A stretch of 64,000 bases of DNA from an uncultured Gemmatimonadales bacterium (GTDB lineage Bacteria > Gemmatimonadota > Gemmatimonadetes > Gemmatimonadales > GWC2-71-9). Below, in pieces: positions 35,283 through 44,879 of the stretch. The notes under the pieces are model-generated. The model did not search any database and had not been told where the DNA came from. It saw nothing but the letters and a program-made list of their open reading frames with translations. The DNA lies in the NCBI GenBank assembly GCA_963779755.1, contig CAVZZO010000001.1, forward strand, positions 928,001 through 992,000, read 5' to 3'. A program made the translations under genes and the position numbers. Numbering within the stretch: position 1 is the first letter of the stretch; each line of letters opens with the position of its first letter.

Positions 35283-38200
35283 ATGATTCAGTGGGCCGCC
35301 CACCGTCCCGCCGTCGTCTGGTCGGTGAGCCTCGCGCTGGTCGCGGCGGGGGCCGTGGCCTTCACCCGGCTGCCGCTCGCCACCCGCCCGGTGGTCGAGC
35401 TGCCGAAGCTCACCGTGAGCGTCTCCTGGCCCGGCGCCTCCGCCGAGCTGGTCGAGTCCTATCTCACCTCACCCATCGAAAGCGCCATCCAGGGCGTCCG
35501 AGGCGTCAAGAAGGTGAGCAGCGAGTCCACCGACGGTTCCGCCAGCCTGGAGGTGGATCTGCAGGAGGGGAGCGACGCGCAGTTTGCCCGTCTGGGGATT
35601 CTCGAGCGGCTGGAGCTTATCCGGAAGGACTTCCCGCCCGGCGCCTCGGCGCCTTCGGTTACCAACTACGTCCCCGACGACCTCGCCGAGCAGCCGCTCC
35701 TTTTCTACATCATCTACGGACCGTACACCTCGGGCACGCTGGCGCGGATGGCGGAGGAGCGGATCCTGCCGCACATCACCGCCGTGGAAGGCGTGGCGGG
35801 CGTGGACCACAGCGGTGGCGCGGAGCAGGCCGTCGCGGTGAGCTACGACGCACAGCGGCTCCGCCAGCTCGGCATTTCCAGTGATGCCGTCGCCCAGGCC
35901 ATTGCCGGCGCGAGGGTCGTGCAGTCGCTGGGCCGGGTGGAGAATGCAGTCAACGTGCTGCCGGTGACGCTACGCGATCAGCCCCACGCCATCGAGGATC
36001 TGGGGCAGCTCCCGGTCCGCGGGCTGGCGGGACAGGTCTACCCCCTGCGCGAGCTGGCCAGCATCCGGATGGAAGAGGACTCGCGCGACCAATTCTACCG
36101 GGTGAACGGCGAGCCGGCGGTGGCGCTCCGCATCGCTCGGCTTCCCGGTGCCGATGCCATCCGCACCGCCGCGCGGGTCCGGCAGGCTATGATGATGCTG
36201 CAGCCTCAGCTGTTGCCGGGCGTCCGTCTCGAGCTGCAAACCGATGAGAGCGTGGAACTCGGCACGCAGCTGCGCGATCTCCTGCTGCGCGGGAGCATCG
36301 CCTTCGCGGCGGTGATGCTGGTGCTGGCCTCGGCGCTGCGGAACGCCCGGTCGATCGCCCTGGTGATGGGGAGCGCCGCGGTGGCCATCGCCGGAACCGC
36401 GCTCGGGCTCTATCTCCTCAGGATTCCCGCCAACCTGCTGACGCTGGCCGGCCTGGGGATGGGCATCGGCATCCTGGTCCAGAATGGGCTCATTGTGGTG
36501 GCCCGGCTCCGTACCATGCCGGACACGCCGGAGGGCCGCGCCGAGGCCAGCCGGCGCATCCTGCCGGCGGTGGTGGGCGCCACGCTCACTACGGCGGTTG
36601 TGCTGATTCCTTTCCTTTATTTGCAGGGAAACGCGCGGGCCGCCTTCACCCCCTTTGCGGTGGCCTTCGTGCTGGCCCTGGCCTGGTCGGTGGGGGCCTC
36701 GGTGATCATGATCCCGGCGCTGGGCGCGGGGCACGGGATGAATACCCGGCAGTGGCCCAGGCTGCAGCGGGCCTATTTGCGGATCATGGTGCGGCTGCTG
36801 CGCTGGCGCTGGGCCACGCTCGTCCTGGCAGCGGCGGCGGTGGGGGTGCTCGCCTGGGGCTTCGTCAAGAAGGTGCCCCGCAGCAACTGGGGCAACTGGT
36901 TCGGCCAGCGCACCACACTCGGCGCCAGCCTCAGTTTCCCCCGCGGGTCCGACCCGGCCAGTCTCGACCAGGGCATGCGCGATCTGGAGTCGGTGGTGCA
37001 GGGGCAGCCCGGCGTGGAGCAGGTGACGGCTCAGGGCTCCGGCGGAGAGGCGTATCTCCGCGTGGTCTTCACCCATGCGTCGGAGTTCGGGCCGCAGCCG
37101 TACATCCTGCAGGAAGCGCTCACCCAGCGGGCCATCCTGATCGGCGGGGCCACCGTTTCGGTGTCCGGGCGCGGCCCCGGATTCTACTCCGGCGGCGGCA
37201 TGGGCGGGTCCACCTATCGTATCAAGGTGCTGGGCTATTCCTTCTCCGGGGTGGAACAGCTGGCGTACGACCTCAAGAAGCGGCTGGAACGCATTCCGCG
37301 GGTACAGGATGTGGACGCCAACGCCGCCGGGTTCTATGGCAGAGAGAAGTCCTATCTGGTGACGCTGGATCCCGACCGCGAGGCACTGGCCCGCCATGGC
37401 ATCACGGCCCGGCAGTTCGCCTCGGCGCTGGGACGCGCGGTGGCGGGGCAGGTGGGGGGAACCCGGATCGAGATCGGCGGCCGCGAGCTGCCGGTGAACG
37501 TCAAGGCGAAGGGCGCGCGGGAGCGCACCCTGGACCAGCTCCGCTCCTCGTTCATCGCCAACAGGGACGGTGCCCCGGTGCGGGTGAGCGATCTGGCCGC
37601 GGTGGACGAGCAGGAGGCGCTCTCGCGGATCAGCCGGGAAGACCAACAGTACGTGCGCATCGTGAGCTACGATTTCCGCGGGCCTCCCAAACTGGCGGAG
37701 CGGACGCACGAGGCGTTCATGAAGACCATCTCCGTACCCCCGGGCTATACCGTGGGCGATGACGAATGGGACTGGGGCACGGACAGCAGCACCAGAGGCC
37801 TGTGGCTGGTGTTCGGCATCGGCATTCTGCTGGTGATCCTCTCCGTGGCCATGGTGTTCGATTCCGCCTGGGCAGCGGCCATGGTGTTCCTGAGCCTGCC
37901 GATCGCCCTGGGCGGCAGCGTGGCAGCTTTCTGGATCGCCGGCGCCGCGTTCGGCCGGGAGGCGGCGGTGGGGGTGATACTGGTGGTCGGCCTGGCGGTG
38001 AACCAGAGCATTCTGCTGGTGGATGGGGCGCTCGGAAGGCGGTCGGCTAAGGCGGCAAGACGGCAGGACGGCAGGACGGCAGGGGGTGAGCCGGTGGCAT
38101 CCTACCGCCGTACCGCCGTACCGCCGTACCGCCGGGGGTTGGGCGGCCGGGACGTGATCGCCGCCTGCCGCGACCGGGCGGGAACCATCCTGCTGGTCAC

Positions 38201-38405
38201 CTTCGTCACGCTGGCCAGCCTGCTGCCGTTGGCCGTCGGCACGAAGACGGACGAGCTCTTCGGCGGGATTGCGCTGGCGACGGTGGGCGGGACCATCGCG
38301 GGGACGATCGGCGCGCTGTTCGTGGTGCCGGCGATGGTGGTGGGGCGGAGGAGGAAGAACAGCGATCCCTCCAATCCCCAATCCCCCGCCCATCACTCCT
38401 TCTAA
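35283..38405 (+). CDS. RND efflux permease subunit 2 (divergent TM4)
   Basis: Full RND topology; TM4 NLLTLAGLGMGIGILVQNGLIVV; ATG 35283. Confidence 0.92.
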   Translation: MIQWAAHRPAVVWSVSLALVAAGAVAFTRLPLATRPVVELPKLTVSVSWPGASAELVESYLTSPIESAIQGVRGVKKVSSESTDGSASLEVDLQEGSDAQFARLGILERLELIRKDFPPGASAPSVTNYVPDDLAEQPLLFYIIYGPYTSGTLARMAEERILPHITAVEGVAGVDHSGGAEQAVAVSYDAQRLRQLGISSDAVAQAIAGARVVQSLGRVENAVNVLPVTLRDQPHAIEDLGQLPVRGLAGQVYPLRELASIRMEEDSRDQFYRVNGEPAVALRIARLPGADAIRTAARVRQAMMMLQPQLLPGVRLELQTDESVELGTQLRDLLLRGSIAFAAVMLVLASALRNARSIALVMGSAAVAIAGTALGLYLLRIPANLLTLAGLGMGIGILVQNGLIVVARLRTMPDTPEGRAEASRRILPAVVGATLTTAVVLIPFLYLQGNARAAFTPFAVAFVLALAWSVGASVIMIPALGAGHGMNTRQWPRLQRAYLRIMVRLLRWRWATLVLAAAAVGVLAWGFVKKVPRSNWGNWFGQRTTLGASLSFPRGSDPASLDQGMRDLESVVQGQPGVEQVTAQGSGGEAYLRVVFTHASEFGPQPYILQEALTQRAILIGGATVSVSGRGPGFYSGGGMGGSTYRIKVLGYSFSGVEQLAYDLKKRLERIPRVQDVDANAAGFYGREKSYLVTLDPDREALARHGITARQFASALGRAVAGQVGGTRIEIGGRELPVNVKAKGARERTLDQLRSSFIANRDGAPVRVSDLAAVDEQEALSRISREDQQYVRIVSYDFRGPPKLAERTHEAFMKTISVPPGYTVGDDEWDWGTDSSTRGLWLVFGIGILLVILSVAMVFDSAWAAAMVFLSLPIALGGSVAAFWIAGAAFGREAAVGVILVVGLAVNQSILLVDGALGRRSAKAARRQDGRTAGGEPVASYRRTAVPPYRRGLGGRDVIAACRDRAGTILLVTFVTLASLLPLAVGTKTDELFGGIALATVGGTIAGTIGALFVVPAMVVGRRRKNSDPSNPQSPAHHSF

Positions 38406-38536
38406 CTCCCATCCCCACAGCCACTTAGCGCAACACCGCTCCATTGCTCACGGGGGCCGACCGGGCTATATTTCCATGTTCGCCGGGAGGCGCTCTGTAA
38501 GCCGTCCCGACCGGCCGTGTCTCCATCCCACAATTC

Positions 38537-41068
38537 ATGACCGTCCCTACCACGCACGAGCGGATCCTCCCCCGCCTGATCGAGGAGGAGCTGCAGCAGT
38601 CCTTCATTAATTACTCGATGAGCGTCATCGTTTCGCGCGCGCTGCCCGACGTGCGAGACGGGCTCAAACCGGTACACCGGCGGATTCTCTACGCCATGAA
38701 CGAGCTGGGGCTGCTGCCCGGCCGGGCGTTCAAGAAATCCGCCACCGTGGTGGGCGACGTGCTGGGCAAGTATCACCCGCACGGCGACTCGTCGGTTTAC
38801 GACGCGCTGGTCCGCATGGTGCAGGACTTCTCCCTGCGCTATCCGCTGGTGAACGGCCAGGGCAACTTCGGCTCGGTGGACGGCGACCCGGCGGCGGCCT
38901 ACCGCTATACCGAGGCGCGGCTGACGCCCGTGGCCGTCGCCATGCTGGACGATATCGACAAGAACACGGTCGAGTTCCAGCCCAATTTCGACGATCGCCT
39001 GCGGGAGCCCACGGTCCTCCCCAGCAAGATCCCCAACCTGCTGGTGAACGGGTCGAGCGGCATCGCGGTGGGCATGGCCACGAATATTCCGCCGCACAAT
39101 CTGCGGGAAGTGGCCCGGGCGGTGCAGTTCGTGGTGGACAATCCCGAGGCCACCATCGCCGATCTGCGCAAGCTGATCAAGGGGCCCGATTTCCCGACCG
39201 GCGGCTACATCTACGGCCGCCAGGGCATCAAGGAAGCCTACGAGACGGGCCGCGGGCGGGTGATCATGCGGGCCCGGGCCCAGGTGGAGGAGCGGCAGAA
39301 CGGCCGGCAGTCGGTCGTCATCACCGAAATTCCCTACCAGGTCAACAAGAGCAAGCTGACGTCGGACATCGCGCATCTGGTCAACGCCAAGAAGCTGGAC
39401 GGTATCTCCGACATCCGGGACGAGTCCGACCGCGACGGCATGCGGCTGGTGATCGAGCTGAAGCGTGACGCCATCGCCAACGTGGTGCTGAACCAGCTCT
39501 ACAAGCACACGGCGATGCAGTCCACCTTCGGCGTCATCATGCTGGCGCTGGACAAGGGCATCCCCAAGGTGATGAACCTGAAGCAGCTGCTGGACCGGTT
39601 CATCGAGCATCGCCACGAGATCATCGTCCGGCGCACGCAGTACGATCTGGACCAGGCCCAGGCGCGGGAGCACATCCTCGAAGGCCTCAAGATCGCGGTC
39701 GACAACATCGAGGAAGTGATCCAGATCATCCGCGGCTCCTCCGACGTGGCGGAGGCGGACGCGGCGCTGCGCGAGCGGTTCGGGCTGTCCGAGCGGCAGA
39801 GCGAGGCCATCCTCAACATGCGGCTCGCCCGGCTCACCGGGCTCGAAATCGACAAGCTGGAAGCCGAGCTCACGGAAGTCCGGGCCACCATCAAGGAGCT
39901 GCAGGGCATCCTCGAGTCGCGCGAGCGGCGCATGGGCATCCTGAAGGATGAGATGGACGAGGTCGCCAAGAAGTTCGGCGACAACCGCCGCACCGAAATC
40001 CTGGCCGATCAGGACGACTTCTCGGTGGAAGACCTGATCGCCGAAGAAGACATGGTGATCACCATCTCCCATACCGGCTACATCAAGCGGATTCCCGTGT
40101 CCACCTATCGGCGGCAGCGCCGGGGCGGGCGCGGGCTCACCGGGATGGGCACCAAGGAAGAGGACTGGGTTGAGCACCTCTTTATCGCCAGCACCCACGA
40201 CTACCTGATGTTCTTCAGCAACCGGGGGCAGGTCTACTGGCTCAAGGTGCACGAGATCCCGCAGGGCGGCCGGGCCGCCCGGGGCAAGCCGGTGGTGAAC
40301 TGCATCGCCATCCGGCAGGACGAACGGGTCGCCGCCGTGGTGGCGGTGCGGAACTTCTCGGAGGAGAAGTGGCTCATGTTCGCCACCCGGAGCGGGACGG
40401 TCAAGAAGACCGCCCTGTCCGCCTACGGGAACGTCCGGTCCAACGGCATCAACGCCATCAACATCGGCGAGGACGACGAACTCATCGACGTGCAGCTCAC
40501 CGACGCCGACAGCGACATCGTGCTCTGCACCCTGAACGGGATGAGCATCCGCTTCCATCAGAGCGACGTGCGCGAAATGGGCCGGGTCGCTGCCGGGGTC
40601 AAGGGCATCGAGCTGGTGAAGGGCGACGCCGTCATCGGCATGGTGGTGGTGCGGCGGGACGCCACCCTGCTGGTGGTGAGCGAAAAGGGCTACGGCAAGC
40701 GATCGGAGCTCACCGAGTACCGGGTCCAGCGCCGCGGCGGCAAGGGCATCATCACGCTGAAACGCACCGAGAAGACCGGCCATATCGTGGCGCTCAAGGA
40801 AGTGCAGCCGGCCGACGAGCTGATGATGATCACCCGGCACGGCGTCATCATCCGGGTGCCGGTCGACGGCATCCGCGTCATCGGCCGCAACACCCAGGGC
40901 GTCCGGGTCATGAACCTCGATGCCGGCGACGCGGTGGTGGATGTGGCGCGGGTCATCAAGGAAGACGAGGCCGCCGGCGGCATCGCGGCGGGCGCGGAAG
41001 CCGGGGCGGCGGCCGAGGGGATCGACGCCGACGCCGACGGCACGGAGGACACCGCGGGCGAAGAATGA
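38537..41068 (+). CDS. gyrA: DNA gyrase subunit A
   Basis: [31 protein letters not shown], GyrA-box QRRGGRG. Confidence 0.98.
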   Translation: MTVPTTHERILPRLIEEELQQSFINYSMSVIVSRALPDVRDGLKPVHRRILYAMNELGLLPGRAFKKSATVVGDVLGKYHPHGDSSVYDALVRMVQDFSLRYPLVNGQGNFGSVDGDPAAAYRYTEARLTPVAVAMLDDIDKNTVEFQPNFDDRLREPTVLPSKIPNLLVNGSSGIAVGMATNIPPHNLREVARAVQFVVDNPEATIADLRKLIKGPDFPTGGYIYGRQGIKEAYETGRGRVIMRARAQVEERQNGRQSVVITEIPYQVNKSKLTSDIAHLVNAKKLDGISDIRDESDRDGMRLVIELKRDAIANVVLNQLYKHTAMQSTFGVIMLALDKGIPKVMNLKQLLDRFIEHRHEIIVRRTQYDLDQAQAREHILEGLKIAVDNIEEVIQIIRGSSDVAEADAALRERFGLSERQSEAILNMRLARLTGLEIDKLEAELTEVRATIKELQGILESRERRMGILKDEMDEVAKKFGDNRRTEILADQDDFSVEDLIAEEDMVITISHTGYIKRIPVSTYRRQRRGGRGLTGMGTKEEDWVEHLFIASTHDYLMFFSNRGQVYWLKVHEIPQGGRAARGKPVVNCIAIRQDERVAAVVAVRNFSEEKWLMFATRSGTVKKTALSAYGNVRSNGINAINIGEDDELIDVQLTDADSDIVLCTLNGMSIRFHQSDVREMGRVAAGVKGIELVKGDAVIGMVVVRRDATLLVVSEKGYGKRSELTEYRVQRRGGKGIITLKRTEKTGHIVALKEVQPADELMMITRHGVIIRVPVDGIRVIGRNTQGVRVMNLDAGDAVVDVARVIKEDEAAGGIAAGAEAGAAAEGIDADADGTEDTAGEE

Positions 41069-41128
41069 ACGCGTGAGACGTGAGGGGCACGACGCTTCAC
41101 GTCTTGCGGCTCACCTACTGGGAGCACC

Positions 41129-42097
41129 ATGGCGCACGCGACGTTACCGGTTCGTCTCGAGCACGTTCAGGAGGCTGCGGCGCTCATCCGCGGCATCGCC
41201 GATAACACCCCCCTGTATGGCGCGCCCGGCCTGAGCTCCAGCCTCGGCGTCTCCGTCTATCTCAAGGGTGAGCACCGCCAGCCGGTCGGGGCCTTCAAGG
41301 CCCGCGGGGCCTACAATGCGATCGCCCGGCTGGACGATGGCGAGCGGGCCCGCGGTGTCATCACCTACTCCAGCGGCAATCATGGCCAGGCCGTCGCCTG
41401 GGCGGCGAAGCAGATGCACACCCGCGCCGTCATCGTCATGCCGGAGACGGTGCCGTCCATCAAGTCCGAGGGCGTCCGGCGCCACGGCGGCGAGGTGGTG
41501 CTGGCCGGCCGGACCAGTGCCGACCGCTACACCCGGGCCATGGAGCTGGTGGACGAGCACGGCTATGTGGTCATTCCCCCCTTCGACCATCCCGATGTCA
41601 TGGCGGGGCAGGGGACCTGCGGCCTGGAGATCCTGGAGCAGCGGCCCGATGTAAGCACCATTCTGGTGCCGGTGGGCGGCGGCGGCCTCATCGCCGGGAT
41701 CGCGACGGTGGTGGCGGCCCTCCGGCCCGAGGTCGAGGTCATCGGCGTCGAACCGGCCGGCGCGGCCAAGCTCACCGCCGCCCTGGACGCCGGCGAGCCC
41801 GTTACGCTGGACCACACCGAGAGTCTGGCCGACGGGCTGCTGCCCTTGTCCATCGGAAAGCTCACCTTTCCTCAGATGCGCTCCAGCGTGCACCGCACCG
41901 CCCTGGTAAGCGACGACGACCTCCTCAAGGCCATGCGCTACCTGCGGGACGATGTCGGAGAGCGGGTCGAGCCGTCCGGCGCGGCCACCACCGCCGCCCT
42001 GCTGGGAGGGCACGTGCAGGTGCGCGGCACCGTGGTGGCGGTGATCAGCGGGGGCAATATCGAGCCCGAGCGCTTCGACCGCCTGGTGGCGGCATGA
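41129..42097 (+). CDS. PLP-dependent threonine/serine dehydratase
   Basis: GAFKARGA, SSGNHGQAVA, PVGGGGL, EPSGA. Confidence 0.92.
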   Translation: MAHATLPVRLEHVQEAAALIRGIADNTPLYGAPGLSSSLGVSVYLKGEHRQPVGAFKARGAYNAIARLDDGERARGVITYSSGNHGQAVAWAAKQMHTRAVIVMPETVPSIKSEGVRRHGGEVVLAGRTSADRYTRAMELVDEHGYVVIPPFDHPDVMAGQGTCGLEILEQRPDVSTILVPVGGGGLIAGIATVVAALRPEVEVIGVEPAGAAKLTAALDAGEPVTLDHTESLADGLLPLSIGKLTFPQMRSSVHRTALVSDDDLLKAMRYLRDDVGERVEPSGAATTAALLGGHVQVRGTVVAVISGGNIEPERFDRLVAA

Positions 42098-43527
42098 GCC
42101 TTGCGCCGCGGATCATCATCGCCGATGACGACCAGGCCCTCACCCGTACGCTGAGCTGGATCCTCAAGGAAAACGGCTACGAAGTCACGGTCGTGCTCAA
42201 CGGCGATAATCTGCTCGAGCGCCTGGCGGCCGACGAGCCCTACGATCTGCTCCTGCTGGATATCATGATGCCCCGGGTGGACGGCCTCGAGCTCCTGCGG
42301 CAGCTCAAGGAAGACAGCCGGTTCAAGGATCTGCCGGTGCTCATGGTCTCTTCCATGCCGCCCGAGGAGGCGACGGTCCGCGCCCTCGGGCTCGGCGCCT
42401 CCGATTTCATCCCCAAGCCCTTCCGGGTGCGCGAGCTGCTGGCCCGGGTGAAGGCGCATCTGCGGGTGGGCCGCGAACTGAACCAGGCCCGCGCCGAGGC
42501 CCGCAGCCGGAACGAAATGGTGGAGATCCTCCAGGAAGTGGCGGCCAGCCTCAAGGCGGAGGAGATCTACCAGATCCTGGTGCGGCGAGTGGCGCGGGGG
42601 CTGCGGATTTCCAAGTGTTCCATCATCCTGGCCCGGCCGGGCGAAGAGCTGGGGACGGTCGTGGCGGCCTACGAGAACCCCATGTTGCGCCACCTGCGCA
42701 TCGAGCTCAGGAAGTACCCGGAAATCGTCCAGGCCATCGAGACCGGCCAGCTGGTGCTGGTCCGCGATGTGCTCACCGATCCGCTCTACGATGAGGCCCG
42801 CCAGCAGTGGGACGAGAGCGGAACCAGCGTGCCCACACGCTCCGCCATTGCCCTGCCGTTCACGCTGCGCGGTGAGGTCTCCGGGGTGTTCTTTCTCCGG
42901 ACCACGGCCGAGGATCCGCCGCTCAACCAGCAGGACGTCCAGTTCGCCGACCAGGTCACCCGGGCCGCGGTGGCCGCCCTGGAGAAGGCCTACGACCTGG
43001 AAAGCGTGGTGGCGGGGCAGGAGGAGCTCCGCTATCTGGCTGAGACGGATCCGCTCACCGATACGTATAATCGCCGGGCCCTGGTGGAGAAGCTGAGCCA
43101 CGAGATCGACCGGACCCAGCGCTACGGCACCGTGCTCGCCTGCCTCATGCTGGATATCGACAACTTCAAGCAGGTGAACGATACCCACGGCCACCTGATG
43201 GGAGACCGGGTCCTGCGGCACCTGGCCGGCATTCTGCGCCGGGAGCAGCGCTCGGTGGACGTAGTGGCCCGGTATGGCGGCGAGGAGTTCGTGGTCCTCC
43301 TGCCCGAAACCGGCCTTCCCGGCGCGCGCATGTTCGCCGAGCGCATCCTGCGCCGGGTCGCCGGACACGACTTCGGCGACGGCACCCGTACGGTCAACAT
43401 CACGGTGAGCATCGGCCTCGCCACCTTCCCCGACGACCGGGTGGAAGACGGCGAGCAGCTGCTGCGGCTGGCCGACACCAATCTGTACAAGGCCAAGAAG
43501 GACGGGAGGAACCGGTACCGGGACTGA
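42094..43527 (+). CDS. Diguanylate cyclase response regulator (REC-GAF-GGDEF)
   Basis: DDD / LLDIMMP / KPF receiver; GAF-like middle; RSVD I-site and RYGGEEF. Confidence 0.92.
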   Translation: MSLAPRIIIADDDQALTRTLSWILKENGYEVTVVLNGDNLLERLAADEPYDLLLLDIMMPRVDGLELLRQLKEDSRFKDLPVLMVSSMPPEEATVRALGLGASDFIPKPFRVRELLARVKAHLRVGRELNQARAEARSRNEMVEILQEVAASLKAEEIYQILVRRVARGLRISKCSIILARPGEELGTVVAAYENPMLRHLRIELRKYPEIVQAIETGQLVLVRDVLTDPLYDEARQQWDESGTSVPTRSAIALPFTLRGEVSGVFFLRTTAEDPPLNQQDVQFADQVTRAAVAALEKAYDLESVVAGQEELRYLAETDPLTDTYNRRALVEKLSHEIDRTQRYGTVLACLMLDIDNFKQVNDTHGHLMGDRVLRHLAGILRREQRSVDVVARYGGEEFVVLLPETGLPGARMFAERILRRVAGHDFGDGTRTVNITVSIGLATFPDDRVEDGEQLLRLADTNLYKAKKDGRNRYRD

Positions 43528-43621
43528 ACACCAGGGAATGGGGAAACGGGAATGGGGAAAGGCCCATACGTTCCCGGTTCCCTTTTCCCTTTTCCCGCTC
43601 TGATCTTACCTTCAAAAGGCC

Positions 43622-44722
43622 ATGCCCGACGCCCCCCGCCCCACCTCTCCCTCCAGTGCGCGCCGCTGCCCGCGGTGCGGAGCCACGTTCGCGCCCCCGG
43701 CCCGGTTCTGCCAGAACGATGGGTCGCCGCTGCTGGATGTGCAGGGCAGTACGCCGGCTCCCGGGTCGCGCCCCTCGTCGGTGCAATCCAGGACGGAGGT
43801 GCGCCGCTCCCCCTCGCCCCAGGCCGATCCCGCCGGGACCCTGACCAATCAGGTGCTGGACGGCCGTTACGAAATCCGGCGCAAGCTGGGCGAGGGCGGC
43901 ATGTCGTACGTCTACGAGGCGCGGGAGGTGGCCGGGGGACAGAGCGTCGCCATCAAGGTGCTCTCTCCCCGGCTCGCGGGCGAGCGCAATTCGGTGGAAC
44001 GGTTACGCCGCGAGGCGGGGCTGGCCATGCGGCTGGACCACCCCAATGTCTGCCGTATCCTCCGCCTGGGGGAAACCGAAGACGGCCTGATCTATCTCGT
44101 CATGCCGTACCTGGCGGGCGAGCTGTTGTCCGATCTGGAAGTGCGAGAAGGGCAGATAGCAGTCTCCCTCGGGGTGCCGCTCCTGATCCAGATGGCCCGC
44201 GGCCTGCAGCATGCGCATGAGCTGCAGATCATTCATCGCGACCTCAAGCCCGAAAACGTCATGCTGCTGAAAGACCCGGGCATCCCCTGCGGGCTCCGGG
44301 CCGTGGTGATGGACTTCGGGCTGGCCAAGGAACGGCGCACCGGGCCCGAGGCGGCCAAGCTGACCGCAACCGGTATCGTGCTGGGCACGCCCGAGTTCAT
44401 GAGCCCCGAGCAGATCCGGGGCAAGCCGTTGGATGCCCGCAGTGATGTCTATGCGCTCTCCATTCTGGGGTTCGAGATGTTCACCACCCAGCTGCCGTTC
44501 CAGGGCCGGACCGCCCAGGAAACGATGATCGCGCGGCTCCGGGGCCATCCAACGCCGCTGCGGAAGGTCCGTCCCGATCTTCCGGCCGGGCTGGAGACCG
44601 TCATCATGCGGGGCCTGGACACCGATCCCGGGAAGCGCTGGAGCACCATGGCGGATTTCGCCCAGGCGCTGTCGGAAATGGACGGCGGGAAGACCATGTT
44701 CAACCGGATCTTCGGACGATGA
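43622..44722 (+). CDS. Ser/Thr protein kinase with N-terminal Zn-ribbon
   Basis: CPRC..FCQNDG; LGEGGMS, VAIK, HRDLKPEN, DFG, GTPEFMSPEQ. Confidence 0.95.
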   Translation: MPDAPRPTSPSSARRCPRCGATFAPPARFCQNDGSPLLDVQGSTPAPGSRPSSVQSRTEVRRSPSPQADPAGTLTNQVLDGRYEIRRKLGEGGMSYVYEAREVAGGQSVAIKVLSPRLAGERNSVERLRREAGLAMRLDHPNVCRILRLGETEDGLIYLVMPYLAGELLSDLEVREGQIAVSLGVPLLIQMARGLQHAHELQIIHRDLKPENVMLLKDPGIPCGLRAVVMDFGLAKERRTGPEAAKLTATGIVLGTPEFMSPEQIRGKPLDARSDVYALSILGFEMFTTQLPFQGRTAQETMIARLRGHPTPLRKVRPDLPAGLETVIMRGLDTDPGKRWSTMADFAQALSEMDGGKTMFNRIFGR

Positions 44723-44839
44723 GGGGCGGCAGCCCGGCCCTGAAAGCCTTCCTCGCAGCCTCTCTCCCGGAGAGCCGCCTGGCCGCAGGACGGCAGGCGA
44801 GGGCCGGCGGCGGTCCCCACCGGGAGCGGGGCGGTTCAA

Positions 44840-44878
44840 CTTGCCGTCCTGCCGTCTTGCCGTCCTGCCGTCCTGCCT
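44840..44878. repeat. Octamer tandem repeat (C[TC]TGCCGT)n; same unit at 8643-8672, 14436-14470 and, inverted, near 38053-38083
   Basis: Direct reading. Confidence 0.85.
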
Positions 44879-44879
44879 C

